NCBI GenBank assembly: GCA_964016885.1
Contig: OZ024761.1
Location: forward strand, 11,594,001-11,658,000
Length of the DNA stretch: 64,000 bases
Reading direction: 5' to 3'
Source: Eledone cirrhosa
Taxonomy: Eukaryota
Shown piece by piece: positions 61,857 through 64,000 of the stretch (position 1 is the stretch's first letter; every line of letters begins with the position of its first letter). The position numbers and the translations under genes are program-made. The notes under the pieces are model-generated. The model did not search any database. It saw only the letters and a list, made by a program, of their open reading frames with translations, and was not told the DNA's origin.

Positions 61857-61998
61857 CGAAGGAGGTGTGGTAAGGAACCAGATGGACCATTACGCACCAG
61901 AGAACTCAATACTTAGAGTAGTAGAGTGGGTAATAGGAAAATGTTTGACCCGGTCGAAACGGCTTGAGCTCTGCCGTCGGGGTCAAACATTCTCCTAT
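61855..61998 (-). mobile_element. Penelope-like mini-module B, minus-strand copy in (TA)n
   Basis: Reverse complement of the 26635-26712 tail. The + strand has GTCGAAACGGCTTGAGCTCTGCCGTCGGGGTC. A 19-bp inverted repeat lies at 61933-61951 vs 61980-61998. Confidence 0.75.
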
Positions 61999-62062
61999 AT
62001 ATATATATCGAGAGAGAGAGCTACACACACGTATATATATGTGTGTCTGTATATATATATAT

Positions 62063-62118
62063 TTGTTAGGTAATTCCGAAGGAAAAAAGAGTGCTCTATG
62101 CATAGAACAGAGTTATTA
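62063..62118 (-). mobile_element. Isolated tail of a module A-like element
   Basis: TGTTAGGTAATTCCGAAGGAAA..GAGTGCTCTATG..ACAGAGTTATT resembles 21751-21816 TGTTAAGTGTTTCCGTAGGAAA..GAGTGCTCTATG..ACAGAGCTATT. Confidence 0.55.
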
Positions 62119-62541
62119 TACACACACATATATATAGATATATATATAGATATATATATATATATGAAAAGTATAGAAATTATTGTAGCAAGAAGCCAAC
62201 AGTATTCCATAATATATATAAGTGACTATAGCATCAAAATGGAAAAATAGTTAACGTAAGATGTGGGAAAATAATTCAAACTCATATATATATATATATA
62301 TTATATATATAATATATATATATATATATTATATATATATTATATATATAAAGAGAGAGAGAGAGAGAGAGAGATAATACATTTCTTTCAAAATAAAGCG
62401 TCATCTATTAGTACCGCACATAGAATTGCGTGCGCACTTTCATAAACACACACAGTTCTGTATTCATTAAACACACACACCCATATATATATATATATGG
62501 GGGCGGTGTAAACATACACGCGAATGTACATGTGTGTGTAC

Positions 62542-62605
<64 letters not shown>

Positions 62606-62999
62606 GTACACACGTTCAATTGTGTGTGTGTGTGTGTGTTGGTTTACGTAAGTATCTCTGTGTGTTGTTTAACATCAGACCAGCTCAGATTCAGCAGATA
62701 TATTATCCTAGACCTTCCAAAAGTGACCATCCCGTCTTCTATATTTCGTATACATGGCTATATTGTTAAATGTGTCTTTCCATTTTTTTTAAAGAGAGAA
62801 AGAGATCAGGGGATTTGGCTGCTATTTCTAGCATTAAGATTGACCACGCAGATGTTCCTGGTTCGCTCATATATGTATGTGTATGTATATGTATGTGTTT
62901 ACGAGTGTGTATGTATGTGCATAAGTGTATTGCGTGTGTGTGTGTATGTGTATCAGTGTATGTATGTGTAAGTGTGTGTATCAATGTATATATGTGTGA

Positions 63000-63037
<38 letters not shown>

Positions 63038-63316
63038 CAGTGTATGTATGAATGTGTGAGTATGTGTATCAGTGTATATATGTGTGAGTGTATATATATA
63101 TATGTATCAGTGTATGTATGAATGTGTGTGTATGTGTGAGTGTGTATCAGGGTATATATATATATATATATATATATACATTTTACTGTCATTTCTATAA
63201 TACGAAGAGGGTGTTTTACTCCAACACGCTCCGGTATTTTAACCCTTATATATATATATATATATATATGTATCAGTGTATGTATGAATGTGTGAGTGTG
63301 TGTATCAGTGTATATA

Positions 63317-63349
<33 letters not shown>

Positions 63350-64000
63350 GTATCAGTGTATGAATGTGTGTGTATGTGTATTGACGTTCTTGTCAAACAA
63401 TCGACAAGACTTGGACAAGTACCACAACACTAGACACACAGCAAATCTATTCAAACGAAACGAATCCCTGTTTACAAATTTAAGGAGGGAAAGCTTTGAA
63501 ATTTGTAAAAAATTTATGAGGGAATGGTAAGAAAAAAAATTAAGGGAATTTGCCCCCTTAATACGAGCATGGCAAATGAACAACCAGCTAAATAATATAC
63601 CAAGTGATTAACTCTAATAATTTGTGTGTATGTCAGTGGTGGGTTTTAACCCTCTTCCCCTTTTTATGGATAATTTTGTCAATATATGAACCCTAAAAAG
63701 GGTTTTCTTTTCAAACTATAAAGGCTATAAGACAACATGCTTTAAAAGTACAGTTTACCGAAATGAAAATTTCACATTATTGACAAATAAAATGGTTCAA
63801 TTTTTGAGAGGAAAAAAAATATCCTTCGTTTATTTATCCTCTCCTTTTAAATGTTATTAGTTTTTCCATCCCCTTTGTAAACCTTTCTCTTTTATTTAAA
63901 ATATTCTTGTTCGGGTTTAGTAAGATAACACAAACACACACACACATATATATATATATTTATACACACATATATATACACATACACACACATGTATATA

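Noticed and set aside
62120-63380. Many short Y/I/C/V/H/T ORFs, here and at 16.3, 18.2, 22.7, 26 and 29 kb
   Set aside because: They are (TA)n and (CA)n microsatellite translations.

Overview
This is a gene-free, repeat-saturated eukaryotic window. About 80% is tandem repeat and no credible host protein-coding gene is present. The SINE families, (TA)n/(CA)n density and Penelope content suggest a coleoid cephalopod such as Octopus; this is an inference from memory, not a database result. Large arrays: 40-bp (1-16070), 22/24-bp (18.6-21.4 kb), 48-bp SINE-derived (23.7-25.3 kb), 18-bp (27-28 kb), a second 40-bp (31.5-34.3 kb), a 22.5-kb G-rich 28/29-bp array (36.2-58.8 kb) and a related 61-bp dimeric array (58.9-61.0 kb). 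The spacers hold tRNA-derived SINEs, a decayed CRE-like non-LTR retrotransposon, a tiny Tc1/mariner-type MITE and a Penelope-like GIY-YIG fragment. The most notable signal is a set of short (TA)n-embedded Penelope-like modules carrying type I hammerhead ribozyme folds. One ribozyme is complete and canonical (21956-22030). The modules share an architecture: an inverted arm that ends 15-20 nt past the predicted cleavage site, and a 60-80 nt tail with a conserved CTCT...GAGYRCTC-like motif.
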